From Rhynchopus sp. YZ270_cl-10 (Eukaryota), in contig OZ037836.1 of NCBI GenBank assembly GCA_964035575.1, forward strand, positions 806,001-870,000: a stretch of DNA of 64,000 nucleotides. Reading direction: 5' to 3'. Below are positions 21,664 through 31,678 of the stretch, in pieces. A program made the translations under genes and the position numbers. Positions within the stretch are counted from its first letter, which is position 1. Each line of letters begins with the position of its first letter. The notes beneath the pieces were generated by a model. It saw only the letters and a program-made list of their open reading frames with translations, did no database searches and was not told where the DNA came from.

Positions 21664-22942
21664 CCACCACCGCGTCAACATCAACAACAACACCATCTAC
21701 AACTCCGGGGGAAACAAGGGTCAAAATACTGGGTCGAACAGAACGAACTATGGGGTGAATCGACGTCAAAAATCACATCAACTACAACAAACAAAAAGGG
21801 ACGAGGGACGACAGAAGGGAGAAAAGGGACGAACAGGGACGAGGAACTCCCCAAGGAACTGGGTCACAGTGCGACAGAGCGACACGGGGCGAACAGGGCC
21901 GAAACTGGTGACGGACCCGGTGACCCCGCCCAAGGAGGTGCTGCCCCCACCACACCTACCGGAGCACATGTCGCTTGGGACGAGGAAGATGTCGCTGCAG
22001 AGGGCGAAAGCTGTGGAGGACTTGGTGTTTGCGGAACGAGACGGGAAGGTACTGGGGAAGCTGCTGCACCGGACGCTGGAATGGGACCAGCTCGGTCAGT
22101 TTGCGAACGCCCCGAAGTACCGGGCGGAGCAAGACCGGGTCTTCGACCGGTTTATGGAGTGGCGTGCGACGCAGCGCGACGGCCTCCCCCCCGACGACCT
22201 CATCATCGGCTACGCGCACAGGATGCTGGCATCGGCTTCTCCGAAGACTGTACAGACCTACGTGGAGGTGATCGTGCGAAAGTCGCTGAGCATGGGCATG
22301 CGAGGAGTTCGAACGCGGAAGCTGCTGGAGGCAAAGAAAGGACTTATACGTTTGAGCACGATGATCCGCCCGCGACAGGCACCACCAATGACCACCACAG
22401 AAGCTTCAACTGCAATAGAGACGCTGTGGTCGCAAGGGAACAAGCCGGCTGCAGCACTGGCCGCGATTGCATGGGTATCGAGAGCTCGCGTGCCCGACCT
22501 GCGCTTCATCACGAAGGTAGATTGGAGGGAATTCCGCTCGGACACACCGCAGAAGCTGGACACCGTGGGGGGGGAATTCTTTGCGCGGGAGAAAGGATGC
22601 AAGGGATGGCGGCCCCCCATCAACATGCCTCCAGGGAGACTGACTGCGGTAGCGGTGAGATTCATGCGAAGCATCAAGGACGAAAAACAGCTAGTCTTCG
22701 GCGGGAATTCAAATGTGTACGAAAGCCTGAAACGTGCTATGAAGAAGGTGTTTCCCAACGCAGCATGGCTACATTCGTTACGACGGGGGGCGATCCAGGA
22801 GGTGGAGAAGACGGGAGTGGAAAGAAGCGAGCTGCGGGAGCTCCTCAGACACGCGAACGAAGCAGAGACGGTGCGTTACCTGAGGACGAACACACGGGGT
22901 CGACGAACGCTGGAGGCGAATCTGCTGTCTTCTCTTCAGTGA
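21398..22942 (+). CDS. Tyrosine recombinase (+1 frame relative to gag/pol; real start uncertain)
   Basis: Catalytic set ARVPDL (R), REKGCK (K), HSLRRG (HxxR), LLRH (H), VRYL (Y). Confidence 0.9.
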   Translation: MCTTVSRWGWRRPGRSVPVHRWALRPPPNAVQRCWQRRQRMRALQARRDATAPPPPTTTTTGDRSARGSTHRRPSDGKEAKGGSLFASSHHRVNINNNTIYNSGGNKGQNTGSNRTNYGVNRRQKSHQLQQTKRDEGRQKGEKGRTGTRNSPRNWVTVRQSDTGRTGPKLVTDPVTPPKEVLPPPHLPEHMSLGTRKMSLQRAKAVEDLVFAERDGKVLGKLLHRTLEWDQLGQFANAPKYRAEQDRVFDRFMEWRATQRDGLPPDDLIIGYAHRMLASASPKTVQTYVEVIVRKSLSMGMRGVRTRKLLEAKKGLIRLSTMIRPRQAPPMTTTEASTAIETLWSQGNKPAAALAAIAWVSRARVPDLRFITKVDWREFRSDTPQKLDTVGGEFFAREKGCKGWRPPINMPPGRLTAVAVRFMRSIKDEKQLVFGGNSNVYESLKRAMKKVFPNAAWLHSLRRGAIQEVEKTGVERSELRELLRHANEAETVRYLRTNTRGRRTLEANLLSSLQ

Positions 22943-24624
22943 TTCGGGGTCTGCAGGAGGGCTATCGGGGGATATTGGAGGAACATGAGAATGAGGTATC
23001 GGGTGAGCAGTCCGGAGAGTCTTCCCTGACGTGGCCCGATTTGGGTAAGCCACCCCCCAGACAGGCAAAGCTTGACTCCTTCCCGACCTCCACCATCAAC
23101 GTGCAACGTCTGTCGCAACTGGCGACGGAAGCGGGTATGGACCCACATTTCGCAAGCTGGATGACGAACCCTAACGCTATTTCGGAGGTGAAGTCAGGCA
23201 AGATCCCCATCCCAGGACCGAAATCCAACCTCCCTCCCTCTTTTGTGTCGGCATGTTTGAAGGCTGGTGTCTGCATGAAGGTGACGAAACGTGAGTGTGT
23301 CCGCGGAGTGGTCAAGGTGTTTACGGTTCCGAAGTCTGATCCGCTGATTCACCGCACGGTGATTGACGGCCGTCCCATCAACTGCGTGATGCCAAAGCCC
23401 CCAAAGTTCCACCTCTTCGCCCCGCCGCACCTGTTCCACATCCTGAAGCACAGGAAGGCTACGTGGTTGGCAAAAATAGACCTGAAAGGATTCTTCCACC
23501 AACTTCCTATCCACAACAACGTCTCCTCTTTCTTCTGTTTTCGCGTCGGGCAAAGCTGGTACAGATGGACTCGGGTGCCGATGGGCTGGTCTGTGGCCCC
23601 CTACATAGCACAGAACACAGCGGAAGCGCTTGTGGGTAGAGCAGTGGGCGTGCGTGCGATGGTGTACTTGGACGACATCCTTGTCTTCGGAGAGTCTTGT
23701 GAAGGAGTTCAGGCATCGGTAGCAGGGATCCTGGAACGGTTCAGTTTTGCAGGAGCAGAAATAAACGAGAAGAAATCGTGCCTCAGCCCAGTGCGGACTT
23801 TGGAGTACATTGGTGTGGAGTGGTCACCTGAGCAGGGTGTATTGCGGTTTCCGAGCACGTGGAGGGAGAAGGTGATGCTGATTTTTGTTTCATTTGCGTC
23901 TGCGTGGAAGTTGTCGATTCGGCGCATATGGCAGATGGTGGGTATTGCTATGCGAGTGCTACATGTCCTGGGCGTTCCGCTGTGTCACTTCGACGCCATA
24001 CTCCGGTGCCTCAGTGGGGGGTCCACGAAGATCGTGAGAGGCGAACTGGACTGGGACGTAGAGGTGGTGATCCCGGATGACTTGCGGAGGGAGATGGCTG
24101 AGATTGTCGATGCTTTCGTGCGCCCCATTCGGGATTTTTCATTGCCGGAGCCGGCTTCTGCATGGGACACGGTGGTGTGGACGGACGCGAGTACGACTGG
24201 TTGGGGCATTGTGTGGCAGCACCTGGACGATGCCGAGGCCGGGGCGGACTGGGGACAGTGGGTGCAGGCTGCGACGCACCGCGACATCTTCCTGCTGGAG
24301 GCAGAAGCTGCGATGAAGGGCATCAGAGCTGCATTGGAGAGCGGTTCCTCAAAGAGTGGGACCCTCCTGCTGGTGGACAACGAGGGCTTGGCGCATGCGA
24401 TCAGACGGGGACATACAAAGTCTCGTCTAGGGAACCTATTTTTACGTTATATTTTTTCTTTTGTGCAACCACACCACCTTCGTGTTGAGTGGATCGCCTC
24501 AGAGGAGAACAGCACTGCGGATCAGTTATCCCGGCGCACACATCTCTCTGAGGGAACGATAGCGGTACCGCTGTGTTGGGACCGTGTTCACAAGAAGGTT
24601 GATTCTTTTGGTTTTTCAGAGTGA
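21664..24624 (+). CDS. Reverse transcriptase + RNase H (DIRS-class); the frame is open from directly after the gag TAG
   Basis: KIDLKGFFHQ, PMGWSVAP, YLDDIL; RNase H WTDAS, LLEAEA, LVDN, NSTADQLSR. No stop in frame between 21664 and the 22081 ATG (checked codon by codon). Confidence 0.92.
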   Translation, partial: PPPRQHQQQHHLQLRGKQGSKYWVEQNELWGESTSKITSTTTNKKGRGTTEGRKGTNRDEELPKELGHSATERHGANRAETGDGPGDPAQGGAAPTTPTGAHVAWDEEDVAAEGESCGGLGVCGTRREGTGEAAAPDAGMGPARSVCERPEVPGGARPGLRPVYGVACDAARRPPPRRPHHRLRAQDAGIGFSEDCTDLRGGDRAKVAEHGHARSSNAEAAGGKERTYTFEHDDPPATGTTNDHHRSFNCNRDAVVAREQAGCSTGRDCMGIESSRARPALHHEGRLEGIPLGHTAEAGHRGGGILCAGERMQGMAAPHQHASRETDCGSGEIHAKHQGRKTASLRREFKCVRKPETCYEEGVSQRSMATFVTTGGDPGGGEDGSGKKRAAGAPQTRERSRDGALPEDEHTGSTNAGGESAVFSSVIRGLQEGYRGILEEHENEVSGEQSGESSLTWPDLGKPPPRQAKLDSFPTSTINVQRLSQLATEAGMDPHFASWMTNPNAISEVKSGKIPIPGPKSNLPPSFVSACLKAGVCMKVTKRECVRGVVKVFTVPKSDPLIHRTVIDGRPINCVMPKPPKFHLFAPPHLFHILKHRKATWLAKIDLKGFFHQLPIHNNVSSFFCFRVGQSWYRWTRVPMGWSVAPYIAQNTAEALVGRAVGVRAMVYLDDILVFGESCEGVQASVAGILERFSFAGAEINEKKSCLSPVRTLEYIGVEWSPEQGVLRFPSTWREKVMLIFVSFASAWKLSIRRIWQMVGIAMRVLHVLGVPLCHFDAILRCLSGGSTKIVRGELDWDVEVVIPDDLRREMAEIVDAFVRPIRDFSLPEPASAWDTVVWTDASTTGWGIVWQHLDDAEAGADWGQWVQAATHRDIFLLEAEAAMKGIRAALESGSSKSGTLLLVDNEGLAHAIRRGHTKSRLGNLFLRYIFSFVQPHHLRVEWIASEENSTADQLSRRTHLSEGTIAVPLCWDRVHKKVDSFGFSE

Positions 24625-26974
24625 TATGCATTTGTGATTTCTTTTATTCTTTCTCTTTTTCTCTTGTCCTTTCTTCAAAAGAGTGTTGTGGTCGTACACA
24701 TGTCAATCGGACTGGAAACGATGTACCAAAGCGGTATATGGTGTGTTTTCCTTCCCTCGTACGTCACAATAAACGAAACCCCTCCTCACATTGTTTTTGT
24801 TGCGCTTTCAGGACCTCATCGACGGATCACTATTTGTACACCAGATCTCCACCCCCACCCCCACCCCTTGTGAGAATAGCCACCCAGGACCCCGGACCCG
24901 CACCCCCCTAACCTTATTCTCATGCCTGAGGGGAGGGGTTCTTTGAGTGGTCAGCAAAGTGTGAAGAAATAAAGTGGCTTTGAATGGGTGAAGCAAGACA
25001 GGCAAGTTGCCGGCTGCGTGGAGATCACACACGACACGCCTATTCACGTCACGATGAGGCTGGCCGACCGGTTAGGTTGCGATGCCACAGTGATCAGGGT
25101 ACCAGCCTTCTCTTGGGGTGATGGTGTGTACGTGCAGCCCCCTTCCACCATCTAGGATAGGATCTGTGTATCTCAGCGGGTTGAGGCTCGAAACAGAAAA
25201 CGCTGTCAGAAAAGACGGTTGCGAGGGGGATGATGTCGTCACACCATTTTGCTTGTTTGCAGGAAATGAAAGTAATAAGAGTGACAGAAGTGGCAGCAGT
25301 AATGTTGCGAAGGTGATTGGAAACAAAAGGAAACCCTGGTAAAAGGGAACCTTTTTTTAAATGTGGCTGCGTAGATTATTTGCTGCACTCAGAGAAAGAC
25401 AACTGAGTTCCCTCCAATTTAGATGAACAGCACAGAATAGAATAACATGACGGAAAGAATACGAACCTGAAAAACCAAAATAAATACTACAGGTGTCAAA
25501 TAGCTATCTTCACCCACACAGGAAAAACGGGAAACGAAACAGGGGGATAGTTTGTCACTTGTACGCTTCCACCGAAAAAGAAAACTTGAAAGATGAAAGT
25601 GCCTTCCGTGCACACACAGCTGAGGGTGCGATCTTTGATTATGTTGACAACTACTTCACTGCTCCATCCTACTTTCTCAAGCGCCACGACGGATGCGGAC
25701 CCACACGATTGAGGAGCTCCTGCTGTCTGATGACGCGTGGTACCTGCATGTTCCGCAAATACTCAACGTCATGCGAACCCTACTTGGAACTCTTTCTGGA
25801 CAAACACGAAGCCGCTTTGCCACAAGCAGAACCCATGGCATGCCCAGAATCACTGCGCTAGGACGTAGGAAGCAAACCTCGTCCCCTGGCAGACCCTCCA
25901 CCACGGGGAGGTGCTGCCCTGCCACCAACACACCACGTCGTCATTGTGCGTGTCTCTGTCGCTTCTGGCTTTGCTCGGGGGACTCGTCTCTGCTTCGTTT
26001 CGGACGTGCTTCAACCACAAGCTTACTCAGCTTCCCGTTCCTCACTTCGTTGGACACAACACTGCTGCAGCCGGAAAGGTAAATGCTCGTCAACGAAGTG
26101 CAGCCCTCAGCAAAATGCGTAGTATTAGTAAAACTACTCAAACCAATCGACGTCACATTGCTGAGTGGTGATAAATCCAGGGTGGTTAAGCCGCTGCAAC
26201 TCATAAGGAAGCCCGAACCAACTTGCGTCACATTGCTGAGTGGAGATAAATCGATGCTGGTTAAGCTCGTGCAGCCCAAAAGAAAGACGCTACCAATGTG
26301 CGTCACATTGCTCAACCCAGAGAGGTCGATACTTCTCAACGAGGTGCAGAATGACAGGAAGTTGTGTCCAATGTGAGTCACAATGGACTCAGCACTGAGA
26401 TCAAGTCTCGTCAACAAAGAGCTTGACAAGAACCAATTCGGAATGAAAGTCGCAACCTCCGCCTGCAGAAGCAAACACGCCACCTCAGGATCCTCCACAC
26501 TCTCCAACTTCTCGGCTGTGATGTCTGTCACACCCAACGCATGAAGCTCTGCAATGGCTTCTTGTTTCTGCGTTTTTGTGAGGTAGGGGTCCGTTTTAGG
26601 TCTCTGGCAGGCCGGGCCTTCTTTCTGTGGCCTTCCCAACCAAAAGACCCCCAAAAAACACAGGTACCTGCTGCGTTTAGTGGCACTTTACCCCAGTCCC
26701 TGGAACAGATCGGCAAGCCGACCAGCCCAGGTATGCATGCCAACACTACTGGGGGTGCACTGTTCGATAGCATAAAAGAAAAGTCAAAAAGTCAAAAAGA
26801 CAAGAAGGTCAAACAAAATAGGTACTTCGAACAGGGCTGACAGGAGGGGATTCTCACCCGAGGTTCGGTGCCTGTCAGGCTGCGATTAGTGGTTCTGGGT
26901 GATTCCCTTCTTCCGTCCAGGCCCGAACCGGAAACATTAACCTCCGTTTTTCGAAACAATAAAAGTAAAAATGA

Positions 26975-27044
26975 AAAATATATCCGTTTCGCTTGATCAG
27001 ATCTCGACCGTTTGTTGCATTGCACGCTTCCACCTGCCGACACT

Positions 27045-27099
<55 letters not shown>

Positions 27100-28145
27100 A
27101 AAAAATTGATTGTTTCCAGCACACGCGGACTGTGTCAGTGTGTGATGGTATATGAGTATTGCCTGAAGTACAGAAAATGGGAGTGTCGGTGGCGGAGCAC
27201 AAAAGAGGTAAAATGAGAAACATATCGGGTGGGGTCTCTGATCTAATCTGTGCGACGAATATATTTCCCCTAACACGCCATGTTTGGCCAGGGCCTCTCC
27301 AGCGCGTCAGTTGCAAAATATATCCGTTTCGCTTGATCAGATCTCGACCGTTTGTTGCATTGCACGCTTCCACTCAGGACCCTAAGGACCCTCGGATCGA
27401 AGGGACGCCGCGCGAACGATGAATGGGATTACGCTCCGCTGCTAAACCGGTAGTGTGATCGGGTAGTCTGCCACCACGCCTCTCGTGTACTTGTCTGCTT
27501 TTTGCTCCAACGTCGGTACCCATTCACATGCGACTTGGATGCGGGCGCCGGCCGCTAGGGTGAAAAGTTCAGCGATCACGAAATTTGAGCGGTAGTCTGA
27601 AGAGTGGCCCCTCTGGAGGCTGTGTACAGCCGGGAGGTTGTCGACCATCAGCCTGAGTCGCGTAGTATGTACCGATCTTGCCGCAAGTGCTACAGCCTGC
27701 TGCCCGGCATCAGTGCTCCCATCCTTCGCAGACTCCGACGGTAATCCTGCACCATTTGGGACTCCGCCAGGCGTGCGTCCCCTGTCCGCCGTAACGCCGC
27801 CGCCACGTCCATCGTATATTGCAGCGCCGAACTACTCCGTCTAAAGACCTTTTCTTTTCCACCCAATATATGAGCGCCACTTCGTGTGAGATTGTGCATG
27901 TGTGTTTCTTTTTTTTTTTTTTTTTGAAAAAATTGATTGTTTCCAGCACACGCGGACTGTGTCAGTGTGTGATGGTATATGAGTATTGCCTGAAGTACAG
28001 AAAATGGGAGTGTCGGTGGCGGAGCACAAAAGAGGTAAAATGAGAAACATATCGGGTGGGGTCTCTGATCTAATCTGTGCGACGAATATATTTCCCCTAA
28101 CACGCCATGTTTGGCCAGGGCCTCTCCAGCGCGTCAGTTGCAAAA
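26975..28145 (-). mobile_element. Internally deleted split-direct-repeat (A1-B1-A2-B2; PAT/Ngaro-type) YR retroelement retaining an RNase H C-terminus
   Basis: A = 27926-28145 and 27099-27318; B = 27315-27373 and 26975-27033. ORF 27442..27648 VDNLPAV..LQRG...EWVPTLEQKADKYTR is DIRS-type RNase H. Confidence 0.85.
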
Positions 28146-28361
28146 GAAAAAGCAACAGCAAGAGCAGTGTTGCTGTAAAAGAAACAGCAGCACCGTCAGC
28201 TAACATGCCACACAATATGGCAGACGGCCACACAAAATTCCCCTGATTTGTACAGAGAAAGTTGTAACTTCTTCCTTACAAGTAAAGAAATGCCGGCAGG
28301 GAAGGAGTTACAACAAACAGTGAACAAACTCAAGTACCAGCCTTTCCGCGTAGCACAGACC

Positions 28362-28745
28362 CTACATTTGGTAGTTGGTCTGCCCTACTGCCTCATCTGC
28401 ACCGTAGCTGGACGCCACGGCGACAACTCCTTCATCTATCAACGCACCAAAGCACGTGAAAATAGAACAAAAACAAACACAATGGAAAAACAGCAGAGCA
28501 TGTACCTGCAGATCCACAGTTGTTTCACGTACAGTGCATACACCCTGAAAGCTTAACCTCTTCCTTCTAGCACAGACGTTGGTCTGCCCTACTGCCCCTT
28601 CTGCACCGTAGCTGGACGCCACGACGACAACTCCTTCATCTATCAACGTACCAAAGCACGTGAAAATAGAACAAAAATAAACACATTGGAAAAACAGCAG
28701 AGCATGTACCTGCAGATCCACAGTTGTTTCACATACAGTGTACGC
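28362..28745. repeat. Diverged tandem duplication (~200-bp unit x2)
   Basis: gttggtctgccctactgcc...cagttgtttcac repeated at ~28374 and ~28578. Confidence 0.8.
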
Positions 28746-29479
28746 ACCAACAAAGCAACAAAACGTTCCCATGCGGTCAAACGACAACACAGGAACAGCA
28801 ACAATATTCCGTCACCAGTAGAGACACCGGCAACGCTTCCTTCTTGTACCTGGGATCCCCTCATCGGCATCAACACACTCCCAGTCACCGCACAGGTAAC
28901 AGATCCTTGAAACCCCTCGAAGGGGTTTGCGTAGCCTGCATAAGCTGGTGATCTGCCCGAAATTGACTGTGATGTTGTGTTAATAACGAGGGTCCCCACA
29001 TCGGCTTGTTCCTCCTCCGGTCCCGAGCGAATCCATCATTGGAGAGGCGGCCGCCCACGCTGACTCAGTACCATGCGAACACGGCGTCCAGGGGCCCCAC
29101 TTGGCGGTTGGTCAGACGTTAATTGCCCCCTTCTGCGTTTTCGTGAGGATGATTGTGTCACCAGCACTCAGCTGCGTCATGTCCGCTCCTTCTCCCATCG
29201 GTTCGTCTCCGAAACTCATGCAAAAGCCGTCTTCAGGCAACCCCACTGCAGACGCCACCTTCCGCCGCAAGTCCTCCACTGTGTCATCTTCACCCACCTC
29301 GACTGTGTGCTGATTCGTGTCGAAACCCTTGATGTTCAGGTCCATGTCTTTGTTGTGGTTTGTGTTCTGATCTCTGTGTGTGGTGGTGGGGTGTGGAGGA
29401 CAACAAGCCTGCAGTCCTTTTCAATGAAGGGTTGAAGGGGAGGGGTTCTTTGAGTGGTCAGCAAAGTGTGAAGAAATAT

Positions 29480-29830
29480 CGTGTCCTGTGATCCATAAAT
29501 GAACGTCAGAAGGGCAGGTAAGAACAAGCACCACCCCCGTCGTGTAGTCACAGATGGTGACATCTTTTGCTGCTGTCGCCAAACATCGCCACCCTGTCGC
29601 CTGCCAGCATGACGTACTTACACTTCGCAATGTGGCTCCATGCACAACAACACCTGTTGCAATGTCCCACACCTGCAAACCCTTGATCTCGGAGCACGGC
29701 AACAGATTTGTTCCACAGGGTGACCATGCCGTGGACGACCTCTTACCTTCATCTCCAAAGGAGTGCTTCAGTGCACCTGTCTTCACGTCATGAACGTCAG
29801 CACACTGCGTGTCATTTGTTCACGCATGAG
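29480..29830 (-). pseudogene. Degenerate WD40-repeat fragment
   Basis: AWSPCGTNL...LQVWDIATG motif. Replaces the usual upstream segment of the Ubl-LRR unit. Confidence 0.45.
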
Positions 29831-31490
29831 ATCCACTCACTGCACGGCGAGAAGTATGGGATGGAATATAACAAGCAACGGCAGCGGCACAAACTCTATT
29901 GTGTTACGAAGGTGATTGGAAACAAAAGGAAACCCTGGTAAAAGGGAACGATTTGCTGAAATCCTTTTTTTTTAATTTGGCTAATCCGTAGATTATTTGC
30001 TGCACTCAGAGAAATTAATAACTGAGTTCCTCCCAATTTAGATGAACGACACATAATAGAAAAACATGAAGGAAAGAATACGAACCTAGAAAAACAAAAT
30101 AAATAATTGTGGACAACAAAGCTGTGAGGTTATTTTTCGACGAATGAAAAGAAATATAAAGGTGCCATTTGACTGAAGGGAAAGACATTGTTCACATTTT
30201 GAAGATGTGGAAGAAAAAAAAAAAAAAGTGTCACTTCTCGTTTGCCTCACCCTCCTTCTTGTAGTTGTTTGATGCATTGACGCTTCCACACACACTATCT
30301 CTCACATGTTGGTGTTGCGGAGCACAGTTGGGTTAAGTGAACGACGTGACACTTTTCGCTCACAGAGTAGTGTGCGTAAAAGAAGCAGGCCGGGGAACGT
30401 ATACTTTTTTGTATTATATTTCCCCTTCTTTCAAAACTTCACACACAACGCTTTTTGGTTTTTGGGATACACACAAGGTACCTGGTTCTATGATATGCAC
30501 GGAACCACCCTGCACCTGTTTTGTCATATTGTTTCCCGTGCAATACACGAGGAAGAAAAATTTTGAAAAAAGGTGTCGTTTGAGAAAAACAAACAAACGG
30601 ACGCGCTGTGTGAAAAACGAGTGTTTCTCTGCGCGTGATATTTTGTGGGGAAGAATAAAACATTATGAAAAAAGCTCGTTGCGTTCCCACTATCGTTTCC
30701 GCTGCGCTCTCACTAGCGTTCCCACTCCATTCGGTTTTCTCTTACTTAGAAAAAATAGTGAACAAGAAAAAATAATGAACAACAGGTAGCAGGGGCTTTT
30801 GAATTTTGGATAATTAGAGCTCGATTGTTCAACTCTTGATCTCACATGCAATCAGAAGGGTTTGCAATGGTAATAAAAGGGGAACCGCTTCTCGCACAGT
30901 ACAACACTTCATAGGGCGTACCCCCAGAGTTAGCACAATGCGGTTAGCAAAGGGAAGTTTGAAAATGTTTTTGTATGTTTTGAAAGTGCTTTGTGCTCTG
31001 TTTAATTGTGCTTGATAGTTTTGTAGACGTGGGGTTGGAGAGGAAGGGCGCGTTTAGCAAAGGGAAGGCTCGTTTTTCCATTTAATGTTACAAAGGAAAA
31101 ACGAGCCTTCCCAAAGACAGAAAAAAAGGGGGGGGGTGGAATGGAAAAAAAAAGAAAAGTTTATAAGATGATCCTAAGCCTCTCGTGCTCAGTCACCTTA
31201 CAAAAAAACACAGACGGTGCAAACGCCTCACCGTTCATCAGCGGACGCAGGCACTGGGTAGGGGGATTTTTTTTTTAGAGTCAGTCACTGGGTGAGAGGG
31301 GAAAGGGAAAGAACAGAAGCGAGTCACATACGGTCAATCTCTGCAGAACAGAAGTCATTGAAAGAGGCGTGTGATGTGCACCCTTTATCTCATTTTTTCC
31401 CTAAAGAAAACAGTTGGTTACGTGGCTACGAGCGCCACCGAACAGAGCATTGGTGGGGGGAACACTGGGGGGGGGGGAACTAATTATGTA

Positions 31491-31641
31491 TACGACGGGA
31501 CCCAGTGACAAGTGACAAGTGACAAGTGAAATCACATGTCATTTCACTTGTCACTTGTCACTCAAAAAAGCCACTTGTCATTTCACTTGTCATTTACTTG
31601 TCACCTTTTTCACTTGTCACTTGTCACTGGGTCCCGTCGTG
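31491..31641. mobile_element. MITE with (C/T)ACGACGGGACCCAG TIR and gtgacaa subterminal arrays; second copy 60347-60576
   Basis: Palindromic ends and internal TGACAAG/CTTGTCA repeats in both copies. Confidence 0.85.
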
Positions 31642-31678
31642 TATGGGTCGTATCCAGGTGATTCCACGTTTCTCATAT

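Larger units (their letters stand above)
20608..24763 (+). mobile_element. Tyrosine-recombinase retrotransposon with gag-YR-RT/RNaseH order (VIPER/TATE-like); true ends uncertain
   Basis: Three ORFs, bracketed by the 24-bp direct repeat GGTGTGTTTTCCTTCCCTCGTACG at 20608-20631 and 24740-24763. Confidence 0.85.
18792..24928. mobile_element. hAT-like TIR element (17-bp TIR, 8-bp TSD) carrying a 12-bp satellite and a complete YR retrotransposon
   Basis: CAGGCATGAGAATAAGG at 18792 and CCTTATTCTCATGCCTG at 24912-24928. TSD AGGGGAGG at 18784-18791 and 24929-24936. The empty site gaaggggaggggttct is seen upstream of copies A, C and E. Confidence 0.9.
26584..29130. mobile_element. Second insert at the identical Ubl/LRR site, flanked by an 18-bp direct repeat (1 mismatch)
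   Basis: TTCTGCGTTTTTGTGAGG at 26566-26583 vs TTCTGCGTTTTCGTGAGG at 29131-29148. Confidence 0.8.
25941..29345 (-). pseudogene. Ubiquitin-like + LRR copy E, split at the Ubl/LRR junction by a 2.5-kb insert
   Basis: 29345 MDLNIKGF...LTKTQK, then LTKTQKQEAIAELH... resumes at ~26583 and runs to the stop at 25941. Tail RPKRSRDESPEQSQKRQR. Confidence 0.75.
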
